A stretch of DNA of 42,147 nt from a virus (Duplodnaviria > Caudoviricetes). Below the pieces are notes generated by a model. It was given only the letters and a program-made list of their open reading frames with translations, was not told where the DNA came from and made no database searches. Location: positions 1-42,147 of IMG/VR virus record IMGVR_UViG_3300046777_001470; one strand, written 5' to 3'. Positions 29,919 through 39,305 of this stretch are shown here, in pieces. Numbering within the stretch: position 1 is the first letter of the stretch; every line of letters begins with the position of its first letter. Made by a program: the position numbers and the translations under genes.

Positions 29919-32120
29919 TTGTTTAAGTTCATTTTTAATAATGTCTCTTTCAGTTTTAGCTCCTTCTTTCAATGCTACTTTCTCCATTTCTTGCTCATGC
30001 GAAAGTTCTTTCATAGCAACATCTTGTTCTACTTGAGCTTGTTGTGCTTGAGCCATCTGAGCCATCATATCTTGTTGTTGAGCTCTTCCTTGAATCATTC
30101 CTTCATTAGCGGCTTGATCAGCTTTTTGTTGAGCCATCAACTTGTCTTTACTGTAGTTTCTTAATTCTTTAGCCACCAATTCAGGGCTAGCTCTATTAAA
30201 TAGATTAGAGAATATTGTAGCATCAATTAATCCTGCTTGCAACAATGTAAATAACAATTGATTTGCAGCATTAACCCCTTGTTCTGGAGTTTCTGAACGC
30301 TTAAGAAATATTCTATAATCCTGTAGTAAATGATCTTCTGTTATGTTGATTCTAGTAAGCCCTTCATCTCCAACAATCATAGCTAATTTTCTAGGATTAT
30401 CGTGATAGATAGCCTTACCTACTGTGGCAATATGTTGATATGCTTGTTTCAATATAGAAGTCAAGGCCCAATAGAATGGCTCCTGAACTAAAGAACCTCT
30501 TTGTATTTGAGCTTCGATTACACCAACTAACACATCGCTACCACCTTGAGTTCCTGTCATGGCTTCGTTAACACCTGTAACATCTTGAATAGATTGCTGA
30601 ACAGATTGAATAACCTGGAACATTTGAAGGGTTCCTGAACCTATGTTTGTACCATAAGTTCCAACGGCATTTTGTACTGAACCAACTCTATCTGTGTCTA
30701 CGAATATAGGTTTAGAAGAGTTTATGTTTCTAACCATGTCAGCTTCTCCATCTCTATCGTCTACAGCAGACTTAGATATAACGGTTCCTGTTCCACGCAT
30801 ATTGGCCATTTGAGATTCAACAACAGATAATGTTCTGTTCAAGAATCTTTGTGGATCGATAACGTCATCAAGTGGAGTCAATACTTCTCCTCTATCGTAA
30901 ACCCAAGTGTAACATTTATATGGAAATTTAACATTAGCAGGGTCATTTAATTCTTTCTCTTGATAAGGAACCACACCAAACTCAAGAATAATATCTCCAT
31001 ATCCAATTTCCTCTTGAGGAATAAGAATACAATAACGAAGTACATCTACATAAATAGTGTGCTTCTTTTTATCACCCATTTCATCCTTATGCTTTTGCGT
31101 TTGAGGCTCAATGAGATCTTTATCTGTATACTTAGAATTGGCATCATTAATCATTGTATAGTAAGGATATCCGTATTCGTCTACAACCCATCCATACTCT
31201 CTTCTCTCTACGTCTTTCCAATATGTTTCGTAAACTGGAACCTTTCCACCAGGTATAGTGTAGATTCCATTTACTATTTTATGCATAGAGTTCTGATTAG
31301 TTCTATTAGAATAATTCTCAATAGCTTCTCTTTCTTCTTTGTTTAAGTCTTGAAATCTTTCAAATATAGAAGGAGAATCCATATAGTACCATTCACCCAT
31401 AAATTCAGCATCCGTTAAGTCAGGCTTTTTAGCAGACATATCCCACATGAAGAATAATGGATTGGTAGATTCTGCTACATAGTTCTCTCCTGCTTCATAC
31501 CCTTTGTAGATTCCAATACCACAGATTGCAAGGTTTCTTGTTATTTGAACCTTTAACTCATCCATGTTTATTTCATTGGTAACGTACTCCAACAAATTGT
31601 TTATATCAGTTTCATAGTTATCAACAAAAGTATTTAAGAATAACTCCTCAGTTTCAAATTCAGTGTCTTCTAGTGGATTGTATTCTTTTAGAATGTCTTT
31701 AAAGAATGGCATACTCTCTGCCATCTTATGAATTGTTTTTAACTTTCTTAAATCCTCTTCTCTTTTGTTTATAACAAAGTCAGATACGCAATTAGCTTTC
31801 GCATTGTAAGCTAAACGAATAGCATTACCAACATACTGCTGTACCATTGGCTTGATTACGTTCTTTGTCCACTTCAGCCTGTTTCTTACGTCTCCAGACT
31901 CATCAAGGAAGAATGCTTCAATATCTTCATCAAATATCCATTGACCATCCTGACCTTTAAAGAATGACCAATTTATTAAGCACTTATTGATGTATCTTCT
32001 GTAGATGTAATTGCTCATTACTGATAAACAGTATTTCGCATATCTCTTGTGGTAATCTTTATCTTTCTTCCCTTCTAATTTGTTAGGGCGAATATTACCA
32101 TTGCTAAACATGAAACTCAT
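29916..32120 (-). CDS. Portal protein (P22/crAss-like), 734 aa
   Basis: Size; NVIKPMVQQYVG, IDPQRFLNRTLS and IQDVTGVNEAMTG motifs; Q/A-rich C-terminal barrel; position. Confidence 0.85.
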   Translation of the reverse strand: MSFMFSNGNIRPNKLEGKKDKDYHKRYAKYCLSVMSNYIYRRYINKCLINWSFFKGQDGQWIFDEDIEAFFLDESGDVRNRLKWTKNVIKPMVQQYVGNAIRLAYNAKANCVSDFVINKREEDLRKLKTIHKMAESMPFFKDILKEYNPLEDTEFETEELFLNTFVDNYETDINNLLEYVTNEINMDELKVQITRNLAICGIGIYKGYEAGENYVAESTNPLFFMWDMSAKKPDLTDAEFMGEWYYMDSPSIFERFQDLNKEEREAIENYSNRTNQNSMHKIVNGIYTIPGGKVPVYETYWKDVERREYGWVVDEYGYPYYTMINDANSKYTDKDLIEPQTQKHKDEMGDKKKHTIYVDVLRYCILIPQEEIGYGDIILEFGVVPYQEKELNDPANVKFPYKCYTWVYDRGEVLTPLDDVIDPQRFLNRTLSVVESQMANMRGTGTVISKSAVDDRDGEADMVRNINSSKPIFVDTDRVGSVQNAVGTYGTNIGSGTLQMFQVIQSVQQSIQDVTGVNEAMTGTQGGSDVLVGVIEAQIQRGSLVQEPFYWALTSILKQAYQHIATVGKAIYHDNPRKLAMIVGDEGLTRINITEDHLLQDYRIFLKRSETPEQGVNAANQLLFTLLQAGLIDATIFSNLFNRASPELVAKELRNYSKDKLMAQQKADQAANEGMIQGRAQQQDMMAQMAQAQQAQVEQDVAMKELSHEQEMEKVALKEGAKTERDIIKNELKQ

Positions 32121-32121
32121 A

Positions 32122-32688
32122 TCACTTCAATATGTCGTTAATTCCTACCATTACTTCTTTCCTAGTCTTTCTCTCCACGGTCTTAGCACCATATGAAGAT
32201 TCTAGGATTTTTACCATCTTTGGAAGCTCATCATAAACCTTTACAACCAAATCGGTATATTTCTTCTTATCATCTATGTCCATAGTCTTTAATGAATTAC
32301 TGTCTACAACAATCATATCATTAAGAACTTCAAACATATATTGACTCATCAACTTCGCTCTAAGCCTGTATTCAGGATTAAAGCTCTCCATCCTCCTAAT
32401 GCCTTTAATAATATCTTCAGGTATATTACCATTTGACATTTCTTCAAGGTCTTTCCTCACATGGAAGTCTTTTCCGTATGTAAGTTCAAGAGCTTTTTGT
32501 ACTCTTTCCTTTTTATTGCTCAGTCTGTAAATTGGACTTGTTCTGTTTCCAATCAACCAGCAGAGTCTTATTTGCTTTGAGTTTAAATCTTTGAACTCTT
32601 CTAATTCAGCTAAATCAGGATACTCTAATTTAACGTCTTTATCTGTCTCTAGGCCAAAGATTATTACTTCTACTTCTTTTTCTGCCAT
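32122..32688 (-). CDS. Hypothetical protein upstream of portal (possible small terminase/packaging accessory), 188 aa
   Basis: Start revised to MAEKEV because the track start lies in the upstream hairpin; helical; function inferred from position only. Confidence 0.5.
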   Translation of the reverse strand: MAEKEVEVIIFGLETDKDVKLEYPDLAELEEFKDLNSKQIRLCWLIGNRTSPIYRLSNKKERVQKALELTYGKDFHVRKDLEEMSNGNIPEDIIKGIRRMESFNPEYRLRAKLMSQYMFEVLNDMIVVDSNSLKTMDIDDKKKYTDLVVKVYDELPKMVKILESSYGAKTVERKTRKEVMVGINDILK

Positions 32689-32703
32689 AAAAATATAAAA
32701 AAA

Positions 32704-32731
32704 TAGGGTAGGCAATTTTATACCTACCCTA
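32704..32731 (-). terminator. Intrinsic terminator after the 267 aa structural gene
   Basis: TAGGGTAGG-N10-CCTACCCTA followed on the minus strand by a T-rich run. Confidence 0.75.
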
Positions 32732-32739
32732 CAAAGATA
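32732..32739 (-). promoter_or_regulatory. sigma70 -7 element (TATCTTTG) abutting the terminator
   Basis: TAnnTTTG match; the start site would fall inside the hairpin and drive the portal operon. Confidence 0.55.
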
Positions 32740-32751
32740 ATCAAATTTTGA

Positions 32752-33555
32752 TTAGACAGCAGGACATCCTAAGTAGTCAGCTACAGTAGCGTAAGAACCA
32801 TTAAGGATAGAAGTCAACTTAGTAACAGTTGCAGCTGTACCAGCATCAGTTGATTTAAGATAAACCAAAGCTTGAACTGGCTTAACAACTTGAAGACCAT
32901 TTACGATATTGTGACGAATCAACTTTCTGTAAGTGATGATGTATCTGTTGTAAGTACCTGATACTAAAGCAGCATCTGGGATATACTGAAGAACTTCATC
33001 AGAAGTTCCTACAGGAGCAACCCATGCTACGTTATCAGAAATAACTGATCCAGCAGGAGCAACCACATTCAATGGACCAAATCCAGCAGCGTCAGCAGTA
33101 ATACGAACAACATCTCCAGCTTGAGCCGTAGCAGAGAAGTAAGCATTAACGTCAGCATTGATACGAGCAACAAAAGCAGCTTGTAATTCAGCAACTGTAG
33201 CAGTAGCATCTAAAGAAACTGTATAAGTTCTTGCTTGGTATACAGCGTTAGTCTCTTGACCACCTCCAAAGAAGTTAACTGCGTAAGGAGCAGAAATTGT
33301 CAATGAATAAACTCCGTTGTTTACGATTGTTACAGCAGTTAAATCTACGTCTACTACGTTAGCTGTACCAGCAGCATAAGCATTGTAGTCAAAATTCAAC
33401 AAATCTGTAGCCTTGATAACAAGAGCAGTAGCTCCTGATTCATCTTTAACGGAAAGAACTCCGTTTGCTAATACTACATCAGTAGCAGCGACAGGTGTAT
33501 TCAACAATAATGCTGAATCGTTGTCAATTTTAGGTAATTTAAAAGTAATTGCCAT
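32752..33555 (-). CDS. Abundant structural protein, possibly auxiliary capsid/decoration protein, 267 aa
   Basis: Ala/Val/Thr-rich with MCP-like codon usage; has its own promoter and terminator. Confidence 0.6.
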   Translation of the reverse strand: MAITFKLPKIDNDSALLLNTPVAATDVVLANGVLSVKDESGATALVIKATDLLNFDYNAYAAGTANVVDVDLTAVTIVNNGVYSLTISAPYAVNFFGGGQETNAVYQARTYTVSLDATATVAELQAAFVARINADVNAYFSATAQAGDVVRITADAAGFGPLNVVAPAGSVISDNVAWVAPVGTSDEVLQYIPDAALVSGTYNRYIITYRKLIRHNIVNGLQVVKPVQALVYLKSTDAGTAATVTKLTSILNGSYATVADYLGCPAV

Positions 33556-33626
33556 TTTTTTTTGTTTTGTACACTGAACTAAGTTCTGTGTTGGTTAATA
33601 ATTAAACACTGTGCTAAAACACAACG

Positions 33627-33681
33627 CAAATGTAATATTTTTTTTAAAATGTATTTTTTAAATGAAAATGTTTTATATTTG
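33627..33681. promoter_or_regulatory. Divergent sigma70 -7 elements
   Basis: TACATTTG on the minus strand (33627-33634) and TATATTTG on the plus strand (33674-33681), back to back in AT-rich DNA. Confidence 0.6.
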
Positions 33682-33729
33682 TATCAGCAATTAGACTTCA
33701 GACAATGTTTTTTTTATGGTAACGATATT

Positions 33730-33775
33730 GAGCCCTCATCCTTTCTAATTGCTACGAGGGCTCTTTTTATTTTTT
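33730..33775 (+). terminator. Terminator/attenuator-like hairpin in the leader of the inverted cassette
   Basis: GAGCCCTC-N18-GAGGGCTC followed by TTTTTATTTTTT. Confidence 0.55.
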
Positions 33776-33779
33776 AACT

Positions 33780-34070
33780 ATGGAATCATTTAAAGTTGTT
33801 TGCATAAACGACAAAGGAAGACCAACCAACTATGTTGGTGAGTGGATACAGAAAGACTCTGTTTATACCGTAGTAGAAGTTAAGTTTTTAATAAATCAAA
33901 GAATGGCTGCTGGGTTTAGACTAGCAGAAGTAAATATGGGTGAAGACTCCCCTTATCAATTCTTTTTCTCTAATAGATTCCGACCATACGATCAGACAGA
34001 CTCTGAGGCGTGGACAGAAGAAGTATTAGAAGAGTTGTTTCCAGAGGAAACGTATGTAGATGCATTATGA
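33780..34070 (+). CDS. Hypothetical protein (KVVCIND motif, SH3-like small beta domain), 96 aa
   Basis: ORF with ATG; ATGA-coupled to the next gene. Confidence 0.7.
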   Translation: MESFKVVCINDKGRPTNYVGEWIQKDSVYTVVEVKFLINQRMAAGFRLAEVNMGEDSPYQFFFSNRFRPYDQTDSEAWTEEVLEELFPEETYVDAL

Positions 34071-34804
34071 GCCCTCAACTAATACTTGAATTAAACAAGT
34101 TTAACAACATAATATTCAATGAGTTACCTCACACGTATAATTACAATGGTTTAGATTGTAAGTCTGTTACAACTATTATTGGAAGCTATAAAAAAGACTT
34201 TGAGAAGGATAAGATAGCTTTCTTTTATGGAAAGAAGCACGGCATTCCTGTTGATGATGTCATAGAGATGTGGGATATAGAAAGAGATAGAGCTTCTAAT
34301 GTTGGTTCTCATGTCCATAAGTATATGGAGTTATTTTGGAATGGTAAATTGTATTCTGAATCAGAGGATAACTTACCTAGTTCTTTAGTTTCTATATGTA
34401 ATCAATTTATAAATCAATCTAAGAATAAGTTAATACCTGTTCGTTCTGAGTTTATTATTGGGGATTTAAATAAGAGAGTTTGCGGTATGGTGGATCAGAT
34501 ATTCTACAATGTTAAAGCTGAAGAGTATCAGATTTGGGATTGGAAGACAAATAAGAAGATGAGATACTCTAGTGAATTTGGGAATAAAATGATAAATGGT
34601 TTGAGTCATTTAGATGAGTGTGAGATGAATACTTACTCCTTACAATTAGCCTTGTACAAAAAAATTATACAAGAGAACACGAATATTGTTCTTGGAGATT
34701 CATATATTTGTTGGATAAACGAAGCGGAGATGTTTCCTAGAGTGATAAAAACATTTGATTTCAAGGAAGAGGTGGATTTAATTTGGTCCAACTTGGCGGC
34801 ATGA
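34067..34804 (+). CDS. PD-(D/E)XK exonuclease (Cas4/RecB-like), 245 aa
   Basis: SVTT, GSHVH, SEF, CGMVD, IWDWKT and YSLQLALY motifs; start revised to the ATG at 34067 (ATGA overlap). Confidence 0.85.
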   Translation: MSPQLILELNKFNNIIFNELPHTYNYNGLDCKSVTTIIGSYKKDFEKDKIAFFYGKKHGIPVDDVIEMWDIERDRASNVGSHVHKYMELFWNGKLYSESEDNLPSSLVSICNQFINQSKNKLIPVRSEFIIGDLNKRVCGMVDQIFYNVKAEEYQIWDWKTNKKMRYSSEFGNKMINGLSHLDECEMNTYSLQLALYKKIIQENTNIVLGDSYICWINEAEMFPRVIKTFDFKEEVDLIWSNLAA

Positions 34805-35151
34805 GTACTAAGTCATCGTACTCTAGCAATAAATTAAAGCAGGTTCTTGAAAATGGAACACAACACTTCATCGCCAAATCCTATGTGTCTACTAAGTTTG
34901 ATTATGACAGGAGAATGCCTGAGTATTTTCTCTATTGGGTAAACTTAAATAAAGGCACATTTGAGTCTGATCCTAATTATCATAGGATGTCATGCAAACT
35001 TATGAGTCCTAAAGAAAAGAAATATTTTAAATCCATATTGGATGAATACAAGGAAGCCGTAAACAATCGACATGGCGTTATATGGGAAAACAAAAAACTA
35101 GGATTTGATAAAACCCTAGTTATTGTATCTCAGTTAAAACTTGATATTTAA
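34801..35151 (+). CDS. Hypothetical protein, 116 aa
   Basis: Start revised to the ATG at 34801 (ATGA overlap); its stop overlaps the terminase stop in TTAA. Confidence 0.65.
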   Translation: MSTKSSYSSNKLKQVLENGTQHFIAKSYVSTKFDYDRRMPEYFLYWVNLNKGTFESDPNYHRMSCKLMSPKEKKYFKSILDEYKEAVNNRHGVIWENKKLGFDKTLVIVSQLKLDI

Positions 35152-37196
35152 TTAAGAACTTTTAGAACCCTTCCTGTTCTCACATCAACTTTTGCTAGTT
35201 TCATTCTGAAGTTTGTCTCCTTGGATTGGACATACCTTGTAACTACATGGGTATTTTTGTCTTCCTCCTTGATATTTGTAGGCTCGTATCTAGCGTGCGC
35301 CTGTGCGTTTATGTAGGCAAAGGTAGCTGCGAATATGGTATCATCATAATCGTACCTGGTATCTGCTGCTTGATATCTAGTTTGTCTATGGCTAGTAGCT
35401 GTCTTCAAATCTTTCTCTACGAATGTTTTTAACTGCTCCCATAGCCATGGAACGTCTATTGAATGTCCGTAAGAGTCTAGCATTTCTTCTGTTTTCGCTA
35501 TAATCCTTGGGGCCGTATTAGCTTTATTGGAAACTCCAAACCATTTACCTCCATGTGTTTGAAAATATTCAGGCAATTGGGCATTAGCGGTGAATTTGCT
35601 TTTAAATCCGTGTATTTCTTGGAAGTCAACGTGCATATCTCCGATGTTATTCTCCACGAGTTCCTTTACCCCTCCTCTTTTTTGCTGATCATAGTATAAG
35701 CTTTGAAGCAATACCTGTAGGTATGTGTATTTAAACTTCTTATCCCTATGGAATACTACAGAGGATATGCTATTTGTAAGGGAATCCCATATTACGCTAC
35801 ACATCATGGAGTGCCCTGTCTCTGAGTTGATGGGGTCAGTACCTTGATACCATCTATTTTTCCAACATTCTGTTTCAGGTGGATGGTGAACAATCATTGC
35901 TGTGGTAGATATATCTTCTCTTCCGCTAGTTCTCACCCATCTTGCACCTGTTATTCTGTATTCGGTAATTAAATCAGGAGTAGGTTGTGACATATCCATG
36001 ATAGGATCAAAGAATCCATATTCTATTGGGGTATCTTTTCCGTATATTTCGGAAAGTCGTTGGTTACAGAGGTGTATTGGCACGAGGGTCCTAGCTTTTC
36101 GAAGAAACATATCATCAATGGTGATGGGATAGTGCTGATGAAACTGTACTTTTGCGATTTCTCCTTTTTTGGTTCCTTCAAGTGCAAGGTATGCTTTTCT
36201 TTCGTTGTTGATGTGCTCGTCAGTGACACCTCTTCTTGCGTATGCGTTGAAAAATAGTGGTATGATTCCATATTCAAAATTATTTTCTTTCCATTGTTGG
36301 AGGCACATTTTAAATTCTGCCTCAAATACAGAGCCTCCTTTGTCCATTTCCCCACCTGTTCCCCAAGCGATAAACTGCTGTTGCATGGTCATCTTCTTGG
36401 TTTGTGGGTTATATTTAAATAATGCAGGTCTACCTTCACGCATCATCTCTCCAAATATTTCGAATAGACCAATCTCATCGATAAATACTGCCGATGGTGA
36501 TCCACCATTGATAGCATCTACCTGTGGACTATCTACCTGGAATCGTGAAGCACCCCCTTCATCTCTACCTTTTCTTTCTCCTTTTTTATCAAAGGACATA
36601 ACTTGATCGGTCCAGTTCTTTACTTCCTGGGCCATGAAGTGCGGTATTTTTGTGTATGTCCACTTCACCTTATCCCTGAATATTTCCACCCCTTTATCTT
36701 TTGAGTGGGTAACGAATTTAATGAAGTATGACTTATTGAAGTTTACACGTTTCATTCCTGCTAGACACATGGTAGTGGTAAAACCAATTTGTCGTGCTTT
36801 ACCGATCATCATGGAGTATCCGCAGTCGTATAGGAACAGGAGTACACGTTGTGCATCCCATGCTTGGTATCTAAGCATACCGTTATCGGCCTTATCTTCC
36901 TTTATCCATCCGTACTTATTACAGAAGTATAGCGTATTATCTTTGCACTTCTGTATTTCGGTAGCTAACCAATGCCACTGATCTTCTTCTGTTTCTAGGT
37001 CTGTAATTATGGTATCATCTTCTAACCATTCCCTTGCCTGTTCACAATAGAGATCGAAGGCTTTGTATTTTATTTTATTTTGCCAACCGCTGTTTATGGA
37101 ATCAATCCAATTTACAAATTCTTTTGGATATTGAAACTCAGGATGTGATGGATACCAATCTGAAGTTTTAATACCTCTTATTTTTTCTTTTGCCAT
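35148..37196 (-). CDS. terL: Terminase large subunit, 682 aa
   Basis: Walker A-like GKARQIGFTT, Walker B VFIDEIG, coupling motif WGTGG, nuclease acidic motifs GTDP and DDTIFA. Confidence 0.92.
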   Translation of the reverse strand: MAKEKIRGIKTSDWYPSHPEFQYPKEFVNWIDSINSGWQNKIKYKAFDLYCEQAREWLEDDTIITDLETEEDQWHWLATEIQKCKDNTLYFCNKYGWIKEDKADNGMLRYQAWDAQRVLLFLYDCGYSMMIGKARQIGFTTTMCLAGMKRVNFNKSYFIKFVTHSKDKGVEIFRDKVKWTYTKIPHFMAQEVKNWTDQVMSFDKKGERKGRDEGGASRFQVDSPQVDAINGGSPSAVFIDEIGLFEIFGEMMREGRPALFKYNPQTKKMTMQQQFIAWGTGGEMDKGGSVFEAEFKMCLQQWKENNFEYGIIPLFFNAYARRGVTDEHINNERKAYLALEGTKKGEIAKVQFHQHYPITIDDMFLRKARTLVPIHLCNQRLSEIYGKDTPIEYGFFDPIMDMSQPTPDLITEYRITGARWVRTSGREDISTTAMIVHHPPETECWKNRWYQGTDPINSETGHSMMCSVIWDSLTNSISSVVFHRDKKFKYTYLQVLLQSLYYDQQKRGGVKELVENNIGDMHVDFQEIHGFKSKFTANAQLPEYFQTHGGKWFGVSNKANTAPRIIAKTEEMLDSYGHSIDVPWLWEQLKTFVEKDLKTATSHRQTRYQAADTRYDYDDTIFAATFAYINAQAHARYEPTNIKEEDKNTHVVTRYVQSKETNFRMKLAKVDVRTGRVLKVLN

Positions 37197-37210
37197 AAGC
37201 TATAAAAATG

Positions 37211-37234
37211 AGGGCTACCTCAATTGATAGCCCT
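37211..37234 (-). terminator. Terminator-like hairpin immediately upstream of terL
   Basis: AGGGCTA-N10-TAGCCCT followed on the minus strand by CATTTTTAT, 14 nt before the terL ATG. Confidence 0.6.
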
Positions 37235-37353
37235 TAATGTTTGCATCCACAATTGGATTCTTTGTCTTTTTGTTTTTTAACCTTTTGGGCTTTAGCATAA
37301 GCCTTCTTGATTAACTTAGGATCAATGCCTGACTTTTTGTCTAGGTAAGCCAT
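37234..37353 (-). CDS. Small basic protein, 39 aa
   Basis: Not in the track: MAYLDKKSGIDPKLIKKAYAKAQKVKKQKDKESNCGCKH; TAATG-coupled to the upstream ORF. Confidence 0.65.
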   Translation of the reverse strand: MAYLDKKSGIDPKLIKKAYAKAQKVKKQKDKESNCGCKH

Positions 37354-37487
37354 TAATACTTTTTCATTTTTTTAGTCTGCTTAACTTTAAGAGACTTTCC
37401 TTTAGGCATTTTTTCCATTTTCTCTTCACCTTTCATCATTTCGGCTTTCGCCATAGCCATCTTAAGGGCTTTTCCTACTTTTTTCAT
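37353..37487 (-). CDS. Small Lys/Met-rich protein, 44 aa
   Basis: Not in the track: MKKVGKALKMAMAKAEMMKGEEKMEKMPKGKSLKVKQTKKMKKY; A-rich leader. Confidence 0.65.
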   Translation of the reverse strand: MKKVGKALKMAMAKAEMMKGEEKMEKMPKGKSLKVKQTKKMKKY

Positions 37488-37504
37488 TTTGCTTTGTTTT
37501 AGGG

Positions 37505-37681
37505 TTAATCACAATATTTTTTATCCTTAGTATTCTTGTACATCAGTTTGAACTGTTGTTTAGAAGTTGGAGCTTCGTCTTTAAGTGATGCTATAGCAGG
37601 AGCATTACCTTCTACTCTACCTTTGTCAACATAGCTACCATTTTTCTTTGGGTTTGACGCCCAGTACTTATCTGTTTTCAT
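37505..37681 (-). CDS. Small basic protein, 58 aa
   Basis: Start revised to MKTDKY; TATATTTG element at 37696-37703 just upstream. Confidence 0.65.
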   Translation of the reverse strand: MKTDKYWASNPKKNGSYVDKGRVEGNAPAIASLKDEAPTSKQQFKLMYKNTKDKKYCD

Positions 37682-37713
37682 ACTAATTATTTTGACAAAT
37701 ATATACAATATTT

Positions 37714-38223
37714 TTATTCTTCATATTTAGGCATATCATTGTATTTCTGTACACTATAGAATATTTTCTTTAGGCTTCCTTTGTAAAAGTATATAGGGTT
37801 AACCATATAGGTCCTTCTATTCCTATCTACCTCAAACCTAATGAAGTCTTTTTGTATCAGCTCCTTCATGGATGACAGCATATACCTATTGCTAATACCT
37901 GTAACTTGTTGGATATCCCTGATGCTATAATTCTTAAGAATATTTCCATAGTTCATTTCCCTAACAAAGAACCTAAGTAATTTATTAGATATGGGTTTCA
38001 TATTATCTAGCTCATCGATAGTTTCGGTAAACGCAATATGATACCTCATCTTCTTTCTCTTGAAGATATCCTGCATCACATTATTCACTGACTCTGAGTA
38101 TGCCTCGGCAAGGGGAACTATATCCCCATTTATATCTTTGTAATATAAATCAAGATCTTTTTGTTTATAGGCAAGAACTCTATCTGCCTCCAACAATATT
38201 AAATCAAATACTATATTATTCAT
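37714..38223 (-). CDS. RepL-like winged-helix DNA-binding protein, 169 aa
   Basis: HTH-like SIRDIQQVTGISNRYMLSSMKELIQKDFI plus the YMVNPIYFYKG motif of RepL-type proteins. Confidence 0.65.
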   Translation of the reverse strand: MNNIVFDLILLEADRVLAYKQKDLDLYYKDINGDIVPLAEAYSESVNNVMQDIFKRKKMRYHIAFTETIDELDNMKPISNKLLRFFVREMNYGNILKNYSIRDIQQVTGISNRYMLSSMKELIQKDFIRFEVDRNRRTYMVNPIYFYKGSLKKIFYSVQKYNDMPKYEE

Positions 38224-38405
38224 TTATTTTTCTTTACTATTCTTTCCATATACTTCTTCTCATACTCTAGCAGTTGATACGCGAAATTTTTAGCAATCAT
38301 GGCCCCAGTATCAAACTTATTTGCATGGTTCTTATGTTTTGAGATATGGTCTTCAATCATGGCAATCAAAGTTTCAATAGGAGTTTTACTACACATCGTA
38401 TTCAT
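38220..38405 (-). CDS. Hypothetical protein, 61 aa
   Basis: ORF overlapping both neighbours in the operon. Confidence 0.6.
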   Translation of the reverse strand: MNTMCSKTPIETLIAMIEDHISKHKNHANKFDTGAMIAKNFAYQLLEYEKKYMERIVKKNK

Positions 38406-38673
38406 TTTTTATCTCCACATCGTAACCTAGGTGCTTAAGTATAGCCTCCACCATAGTAATAGGATTCGATAAGTCCTTACCTAAATCATTACCATTCACC
38501 TTGACAGCAACACCCCTACACCAAGTTCTATCTCCCAGAATGTCATACTCCGTGATTTCAACTTTAAGCTTAGGCTTACTTACTAACTTGTCAGCTAACT
38601 CCTGAATGTGGTGGTTATCACCATCAGTTATCTGAAGAACCCTGTCCTTCCAATCGATCTCTCTTCCTTTCAT
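38389..38673 (-). CDS. Hypothetical protein, 94 aa
   Basis: ORF with ATG in the same operon. Confidence 0.6.
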   Translation of the reverse strand: MKGREIDWKDRVLQITDGDNHHIQELADKLVSKPKLKVEITEYDILGDRTWCRGVAVKVNGNDLGKDLSNPITMVEAILKHLGYDVEIKNEYDV

Positions 38674-38962
38674 TGATTATACTATCTACGTTTAACTTAA
38701 TTTTCTTTAACCTAGCCAAACTCTCCTTATGCCTAGTATGCTCATAAAACATTAAACCTCCCAATGCCTTACTAAACTCCCAAACACTCATATCCCCCTT
38801 CATCTTATTACAATCCCCACAACAAGGAACCTTGTTACTATTACTCAACTTCCCTCCCCTACTCTTAGGATACAAATGATCTATAGTCCTGCTGTATTCA
38901 TCCAACTCACACTTACAATAAGCACATACCCCCAAATTAATACCAGATCTACTAAATCCCAT
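38624..38962 (-). CDS. HNH endonuclease (McrA/gp74-like), 112 aa
   Basis: CAYC...TIDHLYPKSRGG...NKVPCCGDCNKMKG; TATATTTG element at 38982-38989 upstream. Confidence 0.85.
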   Translation of the reverse strand: MGFSRSGINLGVCAYCKCELDEYSRTIDHLYPKSRGGKLSNSNKVPCCGDCNKMKGDMSVWEFSKALGGLMFYEHTRHKESLARLKKIKLNVDSIINERKRDRLEGQGSSDN

Positions 38963-39107
38963 ACCTTAAAAAAATATTTTACAAATATATAAAAAAATTA
39001 CCCAAAATAGGCACTTTGTATTCACTTTTTGCTAACGTCAAAATCACTGCACATTTAGCAAGACTAAAACCCAATACCAATCTACTTTTTTATAAAATCG
39101 TCCTATA

Positions 39108-39269
39108 TTAGTTTATCGCTATAAAGTATTTCAGAATATCAATGATACCTAATATAAATGATAATAATTGAAATCCCATTGAAATTATTATTATGTATAG
39201 TAGGACAGGATCAGTAAACAATACCCCTGCCACTTTAAATAATATCCCCAACCATTGATACACTAGCAT
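39108..39269 (-). CDS. Possible small membrane protein, 53 aa
   Basis: Manual translation MLVYQWLGILFKVAGVLFTDPVLLYIIIISMGFQLLSFILGIIDILKYFIAIN; may be a chance ORF on a T-rich strand. Confidence 0.3.
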   Translation of the reverse strand: MLVYQWLGILFKVAGVLFTDPVLLYIIIISMGFQLLSFILGIIDILKYFIAIN

Positions 39270-39305
39270 CAGTAATAACCCTCAGTACTTTTAATGTTGG
39301 GCCAC

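Noticed and set aside
3983-36981. Many short plus-strand ORFs in the track antisense to long minus-strand genes (e.g. 3983-4225, 16033-16461, 36169-36606)
   Set aside because: Shadow ORFs fully overlapping well-supported genes, with S/F/L/I-biased composition and often non-ATG starts. The 33780-35151 cassette is the exception.
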